A DNA stretch of 64,000 nt from Phyllobates terribilis (Eukaryota): the NCBI RefSeq assembly GCF_046119375.1, contig NW_027362768.1, positions 188,418,001 through 188,482,000 on the forward strand, given 5' to 3'. The position numbers and the translations under genes were made by a program. Shown one piece after another: positions 1 to 14,812 of this stretch; the first letter of the stretch is position 1, and every line of letters starts with the position of its first letter. The notes under the pieces were generated by a model that had not been told where the DNA came from, did no database searches, and saw only the letters and a program-made list of their open reading frames with translations.

Positions 1-3000
1 ACCGCCATCATTACACTCCGGTGTAATACCGTACACACACCGCCATCATTACACTCCGCTATAATACCGCACACACCGCCATCATTACACTCCGCTATAA
101 TACCGTACACACCACCATTACACTCCACTATAATACCGTACACACACCGCCATCATTACACTCCACTATAATACCGTACACACACCGCCATCGTTACACA
201 CCCCGCCATCATTACACTCCACTATAATACCGTACACACACCGCTATAATACCGTACACACACCACTATAATACCGTACACACACCGCCATCATTACACT
301 CCGTTATAATACCGCACACACCGCCATCGTTACACACCGCTATAATACCGTACACACACCGCCATCATTACACTCCGCTATAATACCGTACACACACCGC
401 CATCATTACACTCCACTATAATACCGTACACACACCGCCATCATTACACTCCACTATAATACCGTACACACACCGCCATCATTACACTCCGCTATAATAC
501 CGTACACACACCGCCATCATTACACTCCGCTATAATACCGTACACACACCGCCATCATTACACTCCGCTATAATACCGTACACACACCGCCATCATTACA
601 CTCCGCTATAATACCGTACACACACCGCCATCATTACACTCCGCTATAATACCGTACACACACCGCCATCATTACACTCCGCTATAATACCGTACACACA
701 CCGCCATCATTACACTCCGCTATAATACCGCACACACCGCCATCATTACACTCCGCTATAATACCGCACACACCGCCATCATTACACTCCGCTATAATAC
801 CGCACACACCGCCATCATTACACTCCGCTATAATACCGCACACACCGCCATCATTACACTCCACTATAATACCGTACACACACCGCCATCATTACACTCC
901 GCTATAATACCGTACACACACCGCCATCATTACACACCGCTATAATACCGCCCACACCGCCATCATTACACACCGCTATAATACAGTACACACCGCCATC
1001 ATTACACACCGCTATAATACCGCCCACACCGCCATCATTACACACCGCCATCATTACACACAGCTATAAATACCGCCCCCACCATCATTACACTCCGCTA
1101 TAATACCGCCCACACCGCCATCATTACACTCCGCTATAATACCGCACACACCGCCATCATTACACACAGCTATAATACCGCACACACCGCCATCATTACA
1201 CACAGCTATAATACCGCCCACACCGCCATCATTACACACAGCTATAATACCGCCCACACCGCCATCATTACACACCGCTATAATACCGCCATCATTACAC
1301 ACCGCTATAATACCGTACACACACCGCCATCATTACACTCCGCTATAATACCGCACACACCGCCATCATTACACACAACTATAATACCGCCCACACCACC
1401 ATCATTACACTCCGCTATAATACCGTACACAAACCGCCATCATTACACACCGCTATAATACCGCACACACCGCCATCATTACACACCACTATAATACCGT
1501 ACACATCGCTATAATACCGCCCACACCGCCATCATTACACTCCGCTATAATACAGTACACACCGCCATCATTACACTCCGCTATAATACAGTACACACCG
1601 CCATCATTACACACCGCTATAATACCGCCCACACCGCCATCATTACACACCGCTATAATACCGCCCACACCGCCATCATTACACGAAGCTATAATACCAC
1701 CATTATTACACTCCGCTATAGTACAGCACACACCGCCATCATTAAACACCGCTATAATACCGTACACACATCACCATCATTACACTTCGCTATAATACCG
1801 TACACACACCGCCATCATTACACTAAGCTATAATACCGTACACACCGCTATAATACCATACACACACCATCATTACACTACGTTATAATACCGTACACAC
1901 CGCTATAATACCGTACACACACCATCATTACACAACGTTATAATACAGCACACACTGCCATCATTACACTCCGCTATAATACCGTACACACCACCATCAT
2001 TACACTCCGCTATACCATACACACACCGCCATCATTACACTCCGCTATAATACCGTACACACACCGCCATCATTACACTCTGCTATAATACCGTACACAC
2101 ACCGCCATCATTACACTTCGCTATAATACCGCCATCATTACACACCGCTATAATACCGCACACACCGCTATAGTACAGCACACACCGCCATCATTACACA
2201 CCGCTATAATACCGCGCACACCACCATCATTAAACACCGCTATAATACCGTACACACACCGCCATCATTACACTCCGCTATAATACCGTACACACCGCTA
2301 GAATACCATACACACACCATCATTACACTACGTTATAATACAGCACACACTGCCATCATCACACCGCTATAATACCGCACACACACCGCCATCATTACAC
2401 TCCGATATAATACCGTACACACACCGCCATCATACCGTACACACACCGCCATCATTAGACTCAGCTATAATACCGTACACACACCGCCATCATTACACTC
2501 CGCTATAATACCGTACACACACCGCCATCATTACACTCCGCTATAATACCGCACACACCGCCATCATTACACTCCGCTATAATACCGTACACACCACCAT
2601 TACACTCCACTATAATACCGTACACACACCGCCATCATTACACTCCATTATAATACCGTACACACACCGCCATCGTTACACACCGCTATAATACCATACA
2701 CACACCGCCATCATTACACTCCACTATAATACCGTACACACACCGCCATCATTACACTCCGTTATAATACCGCACACACCGCCATCGTTACACACCGCTA
2801 TAATACCGTACACACACCGCCATCATTACACTCCACTATAATACCGTACACACACCGCCATCATTACACACCGCCATCATTACACTCCGCTATAATACCG
2901 TACACACACCGCCATCATTACACTCCGCTATAATACCGTGCACACACCGCCATCATTACACTCCGCTATAATACCGTACACACACCGCCATCATTACACT

Positions 3001-4713
3001 CCGCTATACCGTACACACACCGCCATCACTACACTCCGCTATAATACCGCACACACCGCCATCATTACACTCCGCTATAATACCGCACACCGCCATCATT
3101 ACACTCCGCTATAATACCGCACACACCGCCATCATTACACTCCGCTATAATACCGCACACACCGCCATCATTACACTCCGCTATAATACCGCACACACCG
3201 CTATAATACCGTACACACACCGCCATCATTACACACCGCCATCATTACACACCGCTATAATACCGTACACACACCGCCATCATTACACTCCGCTATAATA
3301 CCGTACACACACCGCCATCATTACACTCCGCTATAATACCGTACACACACCGCCATCATTACACTCCGCTATAATACCGTACACACACCGCCATCATTAC
3401 ACTCCGCTATAATACCGTACACACACCGCCATCATTACACTCCGCTATAATACCGTACACACACCGCCATCATTACACTCCGCTATAATACCGTACACAC
3501 CGCCATCATTACACTCCGCTATAATACCGTACACACACCGCCATCATTACACTCCGCTATAATACCGTACACACCGCCATCGTTACACTCCACTATAATA
3601 CCGTACACACACCGCCATCATTACACTCCGCTATAATACCGTACACACACCGCCATCATTACACTCCACTATAATACCGTACACACACCGCCATCATTAC
3701 ACACCGCTATAATACCGTACACACACCGCCATCATTACACTCCGCTATAATACCGTACACACACCGCCATTACACTCCACTATAATACCGTACACACACC
3801 GCCATCATTACACACCGCTATAATACCGTACACACACCGCCATCATTACACTCCACTATAATACCGTACACACACCGCCATCATTACACACCGCCATCAT
3901 TACACTCCGCTATAATACCGTACACACACCGCCATCATTACACTCCGCTATAATACCGTACACACACCGCCATCATTACACTCCGCTATAATACCGTACA
4001 CACACCGCCATCATTACACTCCGCTATAATACCGTACACACACCGCCATCATTACACTCCGCTATAATACCGTACACACACCGCCATCATTACACTCCAC
4101 TATAATACCGTACACACACCGCCATCATTACACACCGCCATCATTACACACCGCTATAATACCGTACACACATCGCCATCATTACACTCCACTATAATAC
4201 CGTACACACCGCCATCATTACACACCGCTATAATACCGTACACACACCGCCATCATTACACTCCACTATAATACCGTACACACACCGCCATCATTACACT
4301 CCACTATAATACCGTACACACACCGCCATCATTACACACCGCCATCATTACACTCCGCTATAATACCGTACACACACCGCCATCATTACACTCCGCTATA
4401 ATACCGTACACACACCGCCATCATTACACTCCACTATAATACCGTACACACACCGCCATCATTACACTCCGCTATAATACCGTACACACACCGCCATCAT
4501 TACACTCCGCTATAATACCGTACACACACCGCCATCATTACACTCCGCTATAATACCGTACACACACCGCCATCATTACACTCCGCTATAATACCGTACA
4601 CACCGCCATCGTTACACTCCACTATAATACCGTACACACACCGCCATCACTACACTCCGCTATAATACCGTACACACCGCCATCGTTACACTCCACTATA
4701 ATACCGTACACAC
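1..4713. repeat. Minisatellite A, 38-bp unit (attacactccgctataataccgtacacacaccgccatc), about 120 or more copies, runs off the window start
   Basis: 38-nt periodicity read directly (for example 481 to 519); 36-bp and shorter variants are present. Confidence 0.97.
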
Positions 4714-4893
4714 TGCTGTCAATGCACCGTTCACACTGATGCTATTACACCGCACACACGGTTATTATACAATATCCACCGCTACTATACTGAAAATTAG
4801 AACGTCTCCACCGGGTGATGCACAGACCGCTCCCCATACACACGGAGCGGTACCGGCGCGGTGCTCTGTGCTCAGAACCTGCCGGTCTCTCAC

Positions 4894-5013
4894 CTGTCTG
4901 GTGCCCGTTATCCGCCGGATCCTCCTCAGGGAGCCCGAGCCACAGACGCCGCACACCGGAAGCCGCCTCCACGCCGACGACACTTCCGCTTCTAGCCAGG
5001 CGACACCTCATGG
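4894..5013 (-). promoter_or_regulatory. CpG-rich promoter and probable non-coding first exon of a minus-strand gene leaving the window (ZZZ3 expected from synteny)
   Basis: Unique CpG-dense island between two arrays; minus-strand CAG|gtgaga donor after 4894; ETS-type motifs at 4956-4962 and 4983-4988; YY1-like ATGGCGG at 5010-5016. Gene identity is inferred from synteny only. Confidence 0.5.
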
Positions 5014-5056
5014 CGGCAGGAGGAACTGCACCAGTGCGATAACGGGGGAGCAGCGA

Positions 5057-8000
5057 TAGAAGAGGGGGCTCCGTATTATATAGAGGGGAGTGCAGTGTGA
5101 TAGAAGAGGGGGCACAGTGTTATATAGAGGGGAGCACAGTGATAGAAGAGGGGGCTCAGTCTTATATAGAGGGGGGCACAGTGTGATAGAAGAGGGGGCT
5201 CAGTCTTATATAGAGGGGGGCACAGTGTGATAGAAGAGGGGGCTCAGTGTTATATAGGGGAGCACAGTGTGATAGAAGAGGGGGCTCAGTGTTATATAGG
5301 GGAGCACAGTGTGATAGAAGAGGGGGCTCAGTGTTATATAGGGGAGCACAGTGTGATAGAAGAGGGGGCTCAGTGTTATATAGGGGAGCACAGTGTGATA
5401 GAAGAGGGGGCTCAGTGTTATATAGGGGAGCACAGTGTGATAGAAGAGGGGGCTCAGTGTTATATAGGGGAGCACAGTGTGATAGAAGAGGGGGCTCAGT
5501 GTTATATAGGGGAGCACAGTGTGATAGAAGAGGGGGCTCAGTGTTATATAGGGGAGCACAGTGTGATAGAAGAGGGGGCTCAGTGTTATATAGGGGAGCA
5601 CAGTGTGATAGAAGAGGGGGCTCAGTGTTATATAGGGGAGCACAGTGTGATAGAAGAGGGGGCTCAGTGTTATATAGGGGAGCACAGTGTGATAGAAGAG
5701 GGGGCTCAGTGTTATATAGGGGAGCACAGTGTGATAGAAGAGGGGGCTCAGTGTTATATAGGGGAGCACAGTGTGATAGAAGAGGGGGCTCAGTGTTATA
5801 TAGGGGAGCACAGTGTGATAGAAGAGGGGGCTCAGTGTTATATAGGGGAGCACAGTGTGATAGAAGAGGGGGCTCAGTGTTATATAGGGGAGCACAGTGT
5901 GATAGAAGAGGGGGCTCAGTGTTATTTTGGGTGAGCACAGTGTGATAGAAGAGGGGGCTCAGTGTTATATAGGGGAGCACAGTGTGATAGAAGAGGGGGC
6001 TCAGTGTTATATAGGGGAGCACAATGTGATAGAAGAGGGGGCTCAGTGTGATAGAAGAGGAGGCTCAGTGTTATATAGGGGAGCACAGTGTGATAGAAGA
6101 GGGGGCTCAGTGTTATATAGGGGAGCACAGTGTGATAGAAGAGGGGGCTCAGTGTGATAGAAGAGGGGGCTCAGTGTGATAGAAGAGGGGGCTCAGTGTG
6201 ATAGAAGAGGGGGCTCAGTGTGATAGAAGAGGGGGCTCAGTGTGATAGAAGAGGGGGCTCAGTGTGATAGAAGAGGGGGCTCAGTGTTATATAGGGGAGC
6301 ACAGTGTGATAGAAGAGGGGGCTCAGTGTTATATAGAGGAGGGAACAGTGTGATAGAAGAGGGGGCTCAGTGTTATATAGGGGAGCACAGTGATAGAAGA
6401 GGGGGCTCAGTGTTATATAGAGGAGGGAACAGTGTGATAGAAGAGGGGGCTCAGTGTTATATAGAGGAGCACAGTGTGATAGAAGAGGAGGCTCAGTGTT
6501 ATATAGGGGAGCACAGTGTGATAGAAGAGGGGGCTCAGTGTTATATAGGGGAGCACAGTGTGATAGAAGAGGAGGCTCAGTGTTATATAGGGGAGCACAG
6601 TGTGATAGAAGAGGGGGCTCAGTGTTATATAGAGGAGGGAACAGTGTGATAGAAGAGGGGGCTCAGTGTTATATAGGGGAGCACAGTGTGATAGAAGAGG
6701 GGGCTCAGTGTTATATAGGGGAGCACAGTGTGATCGAAGAGGAGGCTCAGTGTTATATAGGGGAGCACAGTGTGATCGAAGAGGGGGCTCAGTGTTATAT
6801 AGGGGAGCACAGTGATAGAAGAGGAGGCTCAGTGTTATATAGGGGAGCACAGTGTGATAGAAGAGGGGGCTCAGTGTTATATAGGGGAGCACAGTGTGAT
6901 AGAAGAGGGCTCAGTGTTATATAGGGGAGCACAGTGTGATAGAAGAGGAGGCTCAGTGTTATATAGGGGAGCACAGTGATAGAAGAGGAGGCTCAGTGTT
7001 ATATAGGGGAGCACAGTGTGATAGAAGAGGGGGCTCAGTGTTATACAGGGGAGCACAGTGTGAGAAGAGGGGGCTCAGTGTTATATAGGGGAGCACAGTG
7101 ATAGAAGAGGAGGCTCAGTGTTATATAGGGGAGCACAGTGTGATAGAAGAGGAGGCTCAGTGTTATATAGGGGAGCACAGTGTGATAGAAGAGGAGGCTC
7201 AGTGTTATATAGGGGAGCACAGTGTGATAGAAGAGGGGGCTCAGTGTTATATAGGGGAGCACAGTGTGATAGAAGAGGGGGATCAGTGTTATATAGGGGA
7301 GCACAGTGTGATAGAAGAGGGGGCTCAGTGTTATATAGGGGAGCACAGTGTGATAGAAGAGGGGGCTCAGTGTTATATAGGGGAGCACAGTGTGATAGAA
7401 GAGGAGGCTCAGTGTTATATAGGGGAGCACAGTGATAGAAGAGGGGGCTCAGTGTTATATAGGGGAGCACAGTGTGATAGAAGAGGGGGCTCAGTGTTAT
7501 ATAGGGGAGCACAGTGTGATAGAAGAGGGGGCTCAGTGTGATAGAAGAGGGGGCTCAGTGTTATATAGGGGAGCACAGTGTGATAGAAGAGGGGGCTCAG
7601 TGTGATAGAAGAGGGGGCTCAGTGTTATATAGGGGAGCACAGTGTGATAGAAGAGGGGGCTCAGTGTTATATAGGGGAGCACAGTGTGATAGAAGAGGGG
7701 GCTCAGTGTGATAGAAGAGGGGGCTCAGTGTTATATAGGGGAGCACAGTGTGATAGAAGAGGGGGCTCAGTGTGATAGAAGAGGGGGCTCAGTGTTATAT
7801 AGGGGAGCACAGTGTGATAGAAGAGGGGGCTCAGTGTGATAGAAGAGGGGGCTCAGTGTTATATAGGGGAGCACAGTGTGATAGAAGAGGGGGCTCAGTG
7901 TTATATAGGGGAGCACAGTGTGATAGAAGAGGGGGCTCAGTGTTATATAGGGGAGCACCGTGTGATAGAAGAGGGGGCTCAGTGTTATATAGGGGAGCAC

Positions 8001-8760
8001 AGTGTGATAGAAGAGGGGGCTCAGTGTGATAGAAGAGGGGGCTCAGTGTGATAGAAGAGGGGGCTCAGTGTGATAGAAGAGGGGGCTCAGTGTTATATAG
8101 GGGAGCACAGTGTGATAGAAGAGGAGGCTCAGTGTTATATAGGGGAGCACAGTGTGATAGAAGAGGGGGCTCAGTGTTATATAGGGGAGCACAGTGTGAT
8201 AGAAGAGGGGGCTCAATGTTATATAGAGGAGGGAACAGTGATAGAAGAGGAGGCTCAGTGTTATATAGGGGGGCACAGTGTGATAGAAGAGGGGGCTCAA
8301 TGTTATATAGAGGGGAGCACAGTGTGATAGAAGAGGGGGTTCAGTGTTATATAGGGGGGCACAGTGTGATAGAAGAGGGGGCTCAGTGTTATATAGGGGG
8401 ACACAGTGTGATAGAAGAGGGGGCTCAGTGTTATATAGGGGGACACAGTGTGATAGAAGAGGGGGCTCAGTCTTATATAGAGGGGAGCACAGTGTGATAG
8501 AAGAGGGGGCTCGGTGTTATATAGAGGGGAGCACAGTGTGATAGAAGAGGGGGCTCGGTGTTATATAGAGGGGAGCATAGTGTGATAGAAGAGGGGGCTC
8601 GGTGTTATATAGAGGGGAGCACAGTGTGATAGAAGAGGGGGCTCGGTGTTATATAGAGGGGAGCACAGTGTGATAGAAGAGGGGGCTCGGTGTTATATAG
8701 AGGGGAGCACAGTGTGATAGAAGAGGGGGCTCAGTGTTTAATAGGGGGGCGCAGTGTGAT
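5057..8760. repeat. Minisatellite B, 42-bp unit (gtgatagaagagggggctcagtgttatataggggagcacagt) with 22-bp subunit runs
   Basis: 14-aa periodic ORFs; near-perfect core at 5227-5930; 22-mer runs at about 6140-6260. Confidence 0.97.
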
Positions 8761-9388
8761 ATTACACATGCGCGCCGTGTTCGGATGGGAGTGCGGTGAG
8801 GTAGGATTAGAGGGTCTTGGCTGACTCGCAGTAGACCCCGGTAGGTTTCTGGTCCTTACAGTTTTTAGGTAATATATTTGGGATTAGTCGCTTAGAGATG
8901 AGTGACGTTTATCACACAGATTCCCGTCTTTAGTTGGAAATCTCCAATTTAAATGGATTCTCCCGGCCAATCTCAATGTTTAGGACCAATGGCTGGGTGG
9001 TTGCCAGTGATGTTGGCTGCAGATTAAGAGTGAGCTGATCTTGCTGCAGGCAGTGACCACTGTACAGAATACTGTGAGATTTCATTAGGCAAATCATGTC
9101 CATTGGTGACACTACAGGCGGCCACACACAGATGAATGTACAGTAAATAGCTTTTTTTTCCATCAGCCGGTCTCCTACTGTATATGGAGGCATTTTGACT
9201 CCTTCCCTATGGCAGATGTGATGGGAAATACTGAGTTTTAATATGCCCGATTCCTTGGTGTTCATTACATTTACAGGCTAGAACCACATTTGTACAGAAT
9301 TTTATTATTTTGCTTCCTAAATTCAAAATTAAGTAACTTTGTAAACAGTCCTGCACCTAGAATCTGGTCTGCAATCCCTTCAGTCTAA

Positions 9389-9554
9389 GGCCACGGACCC
9401 ACTATCCGTATTCGGTCTGTATTTTTTCTCAGGAGTGGGAGCCAAAACCAGGAGTGGGAGATAGAAACAAGTCACCAATTCTGCATTTATCACCCACTCC
9501 TGAGAAAAAAAACTGACCGAATACTGACCAAATACTGATAGTGGAGCCGCGGCC
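9389..9554. mobile_element. PIF/Harbinger-type MITE (GGCCAC...GCGGCC, TAA flanks), same family as 52975-53169
   Basis: TIRs, TAA on both sides, shared internal ttctcaggagtgggagccaaaaccaggag. Confidence 0.75.
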
Positions 9555-9557
9555 TAA

Positions 9558-9681
9558 GGCCGAATTCAGACGCCGTGTACGTAACGCGATGCAGACCGGG
9601 CGCTTGTCTCCAGTCATGGGCACATAGGAGGCCATTAAGTTCATGTCAGAAGATCTGCATCTAGTCTGTGTGAATCCGGCC
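9558..9681. mobile_element. Second small MITE abutting the first (ggccgaattca...tgaatccggcc)
   Basis: Imperfect TIRs; TAA on the left, TTA on the right. Confidence 0.6.
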
Positions 9682-10702
9682 TTAGAGAACGCTGTAGGCA
9701 AGAGTGGAGTAGCAGAAAGGGAGTGAAGCATTTAAAAATAATAAACCTTGTAATACATCTCAGAGAAATTCTGCTTTTTTTTCCCTCCTGCACTGACCAG
9801 TTATTCCCATTACTGAGACAGAAAATTACAGTTGGTGCCCATGGACTTCAATGGAGAATCACTTGTTAAAAGGACATCTTTCGGCACTGTGTGTCTACCT
9901 CCATCTCCTCTCTATAGAATTATAAAGAGACACTAACTCAATTAAAGGCTCACTCTCAAAATTACAAGTTTTTCCCATATATAATCTATAGATCCCAATA
10001 GCCGAGACCCTGAGATTGGAGACTGGGGCAGAAGTGCGCATTCTTGGCCTTCACTACTTTGTCTCCGGAACTGCGGGAGAAATCAGATTGCAACGCGCCA
10101 CTATATCTGGAAGTCACGCAGACAATGAATTCAGCGGAGGCAGAGCGTGCGCACTCCAGCTCCATTCAGAATAGGGCTGCAGAGTCCCGGGGTCTCGGGA
10201 TCACCAGGGGTCCCAGCGATTAGCAAGTTATGCCCTATCCATTGGATACCTTAAACAGAAGTTAAGTTTGCATCCTGAAACTTAGTAGAACTTTTTAAAT
10301 TAAAGGGAACTTCAGTGCAGACACTTTGTAACTTCCCAGAAGTATACAGCGCATAAGGCCGCCCATTGGTCACGAACATATTAATGACAGACGTGCAGAG
10401 AAACTTTATCCTTTATTGATGATTTACAATGAGCAATTAAATAGTTAAAACCAGACATTCACGACATGCTAACAATCACATCTAGCCATCCAATGACTCT
10501 GCAGTAGGAAGGGCGAGCTGCGGAGGGGACACATTGTGAGGACCCACTTGTCCAGGACGCCCAGCAGATTGGACCCCACCTGTCACTTCTATGGGTAGTG
10601 GTCATATTTAGCCGCTGGCTCTCCCACAACCAGCTCCAAATTCCCCTGCAGGACTGTAAAACGTCATGTACTATACAAAAGCAAGAGATCACTTTAATTT
10701 AA

Positions 10703-10926
10703 AGGGGATGTTCTGGATTTGATCACATGGCTGCTTTACCCACCCCCACCTAAAAAAAAATATATATATATAGGAGCACCACTTCTGTTTTCAGGTTGTG
10801 ATTGCAATTGCAGCTCAGTCCCATTTACTCCAATGGAGCTGCAATACCATAGTCAACCCATTGACAGAATTGGCGCTGTTTTAGAGGGAAAAAGCATCCA
10901 TATTTTTCTCATCTTTGACAACCCCA
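10703..10926. mobile_element. TTAA-flanked MITE, T2/Kolobok-like (AGGGG terminus)
   Basis: TTAA at 10699-10702 and 10927-10930; aggggatg...caacccca termini. Several similar ttaaaggg remnants occur elsewhere (about 35725, 35870, 55880, 63800). Confidence 0.6.
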
Positions 10927-13749
10927 TTAACAGTGCACTAAGGACTATGTGCATCATTAGAAGATGTAGTGGATATATGTGGGTACACTGTATACACCAG
11001 CCCCCAGAACATAATGCCCGATGTGCCACCTTCTTAGCATAACAATGGTGCAAGTTCTAGGAAAAATCACAATAATATAAAGCACTGTCTATATTAAGAG
11101 GGAACTGCGGTATTTACCTTTTAGAAGACAACGTTGCCGAGGGTGAGAGACCTCAAACTCCCAACGGCACCAGTGTTGCCCACCATGGAAACCTGGAAAT
11201 ATGTACTATAGGTAATATGGCGGTACTGGTACTGGTGGGAAAGTCTCCATCCTCTGATTACACCTGGCACGAGACGTCGCCTCATCTGCACAGTGATGCA
11301 ATACATTTACATATTAGGTAGCAGTTTAGTGAACAACTAATGAAGAGAGAGATTACTGCAGACCCCACGTGTGTTGGCGATACTTGTATTGAGTCGTTCT
11401 GTCCCGGGGTTCGGCACCTATTTCTGCTCATCACATACATGATTGTCTCTTCAGCTGCCGTGAGGTTACAACTCCCAGCATGATTTGTCGGGAGTTGTAG
11501 TTTCAGAACAGTTGGACAGGCCGGTCATTACACCGTTGGCCGGTTCTGCCTGTCCAAGAGGTCATGTCTGAATACATGTAATATTGGGCCCAGGAAAAAG
11601 GACCTGATCAATTACATGGTGAAAACAGCTCAGACCAACTAACGCGGAACAACTTTCAGGCCTCATTTATCAAAATTGCTATGGGAATCAAGACCTGTTT
11701 TGTCTGTCAACCAGTGCGCAGCTTATATCTTTACAGCACCAGAGATGGAGGCCGGGGCATGCCAGGTTGCCAGCGGCAACCAGACATTTTTTCTCTTGAG
11801 GTTTAGTTGTTGCTATAGGCAACAAGGCATTGATCTCTGTTGAGGCCTTTTTAGTTGCTATGGGAAATCAAGCATTTTCTTTTCTCAAGGAAAAATATAT
11901 ATCTTTGTACCGTGGTAGCCGTTCTTTTCTCAAGGAGAAATCGATCTCCTCTTTTTAGGATCCTGTCTGTTTCCCGTCCCAAAGTACCTGGTGCAATCAT
12001 TGAGTTTAACAGCAGTCATGTATGTGCTACTAACCAGCACTTACACAACAAAATTTGGGATATTTATTAAGCCCCATCCCCGAAACGCCCACAAATCAGC
12101 CACTTTGGGTGTGGATTTGCTAAACCCCACCCATCCGCGATCGCACTTCGCCTCGCGGCACCGTTGGCAGGTGTTTACGCGCCTTCAGTAATCCGCCATG
12201 TCAGCTTTGTGTTCAGGTCAGCAGCAATTTTACTAAAGAGAAGCTGTCGCCATATATCGATGGCGCTCGCAGCGGCCGTTATCGCACGTTCGCTCTATTA
12301 TATACAGAAGCATTATTAGCACTTATCTATTGCACATGGGAGCTGCCATATTGAAGACACTGGCTCTGGTCGGATCTGTTTCGGGCTTCTTCTCTAGCGC
12401 CCTCCCAGTCAGTGCGGACCAGGACAACAGAACTAAAATTACAGCTATAGATATTTTAGCCCTGTGAATAGAAAGAATAAATTTGTCCGAAACGCGAGTC
12501 TCACAGACCCCATTCTTCCATATAAAAATACAAAAAGTTTCTCATTAGTTGCATTACCGGCACAAATTACAAAGGTTTTTTTTTTTTTTTCCTTTTAAAA
12601 AAAGTTTTTCCCGACTCGCACAATAGAAAGGAAAGGCGACAGATGCTCTTTAAGAGAGAAGGCGGCGTGCAGCACTGTGATGTGGGAATCCGGCTGAATG
12701 TGGAGGGGGAATATCGAGTGATCCCACGATGGCCGACTTAGTTACTCTTTGGTGTTCCCGTTTTAAGGGGGGTTGTCTCTTGACCTTTAATAATTAAAAT
12801 TGCAAAAAAATTAAAAAAATCCACAAACAACTTTGCAATTTACTTTGTATAATCCTTAGTTTAAAAAAACAGCCGAACTTTGAATTCTAGTGTTTACGGC
12901 TGGTTGTCAGGTTTACCGGCCACCTCTGCAGCAACTCAGCGGTGAACAGTCTCCATAGGCAAGAAGCACTAATATACTACAGAGTTTGTGAGTGCTGCTC
13001 TGAAGTGAAGCTCTGGACCAGCGGTGCAACCATGCAGTTGGTCCAAACTGTCAATTGTCAGAAGTGCCGCTCCCAACCCCCCCCCCCCCCAAGCGTTGAG
13101 GTGGGGTTGGGGAGAGGGTGACATTGAGACCCCTTTAAGTCATTACTAGTGGACACTTATCAAGTTACATGAGCTAGGGACCACCAGTAAGGGTTAAAAT
13201 AGCCATTAGAGAGTGATCCATCATAAAAGACCCCCCCCATCTATTTGCCCGGGAAGTGAAAAGCCATAAAGAGGGTCTCTCTCTCGGGAAGACTTGGCTC
13301 ATCTATAAATTGCACAGACAGCCCAACAATTGTGCAATTCTTCATTTTTCCTGCCACTAACTGCCGCGGGTTATATCTGATCGCTGGGGGGTTCTCGCAG
13401 CTGAATGGCCTCGGATCTGATAAGGAGGACCCCCACCACCCCATTTAACAGAAAGGACAGAACCCCTAAAACTGCTGCTTTAGTGTGTGCCCTATAGGTA
13501 CCGGCTGGCAGGTCAGGACATCATTTAATCCCTGCAATGGGCAGACGAACAGTATAGACCACTAGTACCTATATCACTTACATTCCTGAAAGGTATAAGA
13601 ATTACCCCCTAAAATTTTGACCAGTGATTAAAGTTAGAGCTGGTAAATTCTTCTAATGCAAAAAGAAAAAAAAAAAAGTAACAAATGTGGATGAGAAGGG
13701 GTTAAAAATCCTACACAAGCTTCCCCACCGATCTTGGCAAAAAATATAT

Positions 13750-13755
13750 TTTAAT
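13750..13755 (-). terminator. Candidate USP33 polyadenylation signal ATTAAA (3' UTR of about 1.1 kb)
   Basis: ATTAAA on the minus strand about 1060 nt past the stop, followed by a GT-rich stretch (gcttgtgtagg). Inferred; no transcript evidence. Confidence 0.3.
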
Positions 13756-14812
13756 GAGAAAGTGCAAACTACTCGATGACCACGACAATCGCGCACCTCT
13801 GTACAAACGCGTTTTGTGACCTTGGACGATCGCTTTGTGCTTTCGTGTGAACTGCAGACTGTTGTGCTGTTCTGCGGTGATCCACTTTGAGGGATCCGGA
13901 GACCTTTCTACCGGGAGCGATCGCGCCTTCCTGAAGCTGTGCTTTTTAGTTTCTAAGTAAATCTCTACTTTCGGAAAACATCATTGCAAAACCAGCAAAA
14001 AATAAATGTTATAAATCTACGGACGACGCATCGGCAAAGATCATTATCAAAATAAAAGCATTTTCTTCCTTCTTTCACGTCAGGGCGTGCCATGCACCGG
14101 ATATATACAAAATCAAAAATAAAAGCCATTCCTTCATTTACTGCTTTATAGGGGGATCACAGGGCCCCCCTAAAACGTGAGACGAGTCAGGATTATTGTT
14201 AATCCTGCCATAAATTCAGAACTATATAGAAAAATACTATTCAAAAAGGGGGGAAAAAACGACCGAGGCTTAGATATCACGGAATTGAAAAAAAGGTGCT
14301 TTTCTTATTTGCACGGCGCATTCAAAGAAAATGTGCAGTGACTTAAATAATATATTTATATAAGGGGAAAGGGGGTCCCCAAAAATCTGTCTTTACAAAT
14401 ACGACATTCCCAGCTAACTAGTAGGTTAGGTCCTGACGACACGGGAGGCATGGATGGATAGCGCTCATATAAATCGAATGAATGGAGCACAAGGCACGGC
14501 AGACTCACATGCACAGCCTCAGCAGCCCCCCGGCAGCTTCAGTGGCCCCCCGGCAGCCTCAGGTTATTATTTACAAGTTGGCAGGATTAAAAGGAAGATT
14601 AAAAAGAATTAGTTTAATACATTTACATAGGTCGTCTGAAAAAAAAAAAAAAAAAAAATTCCGGGTTCGCCCTTCGCTCTCTTAGAAAACATAAATAGGA
14701 CACTTAAAATCACAGCCAAAATAATAATAAAAGGGTGAAGGAATGCAACAGTAGAAACCGAGAGGAGGCGCAGATGTCAGCGACCTCCGCGGACGGAGCA
14801 CAACGAAGCAGA

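Noticed and set aside
5162-8541. Repeat ORFs on both strands of array B
   Set aside because: They follow from the 42-bp unit and are broken by frequent indels.
8755-8830. Small CpG patch with a donor-like gag|gtagga right of array B
   Set aside because: It could be a split-off part of the promoter island or a divergent exon, but the evidence is too thin to annotate.
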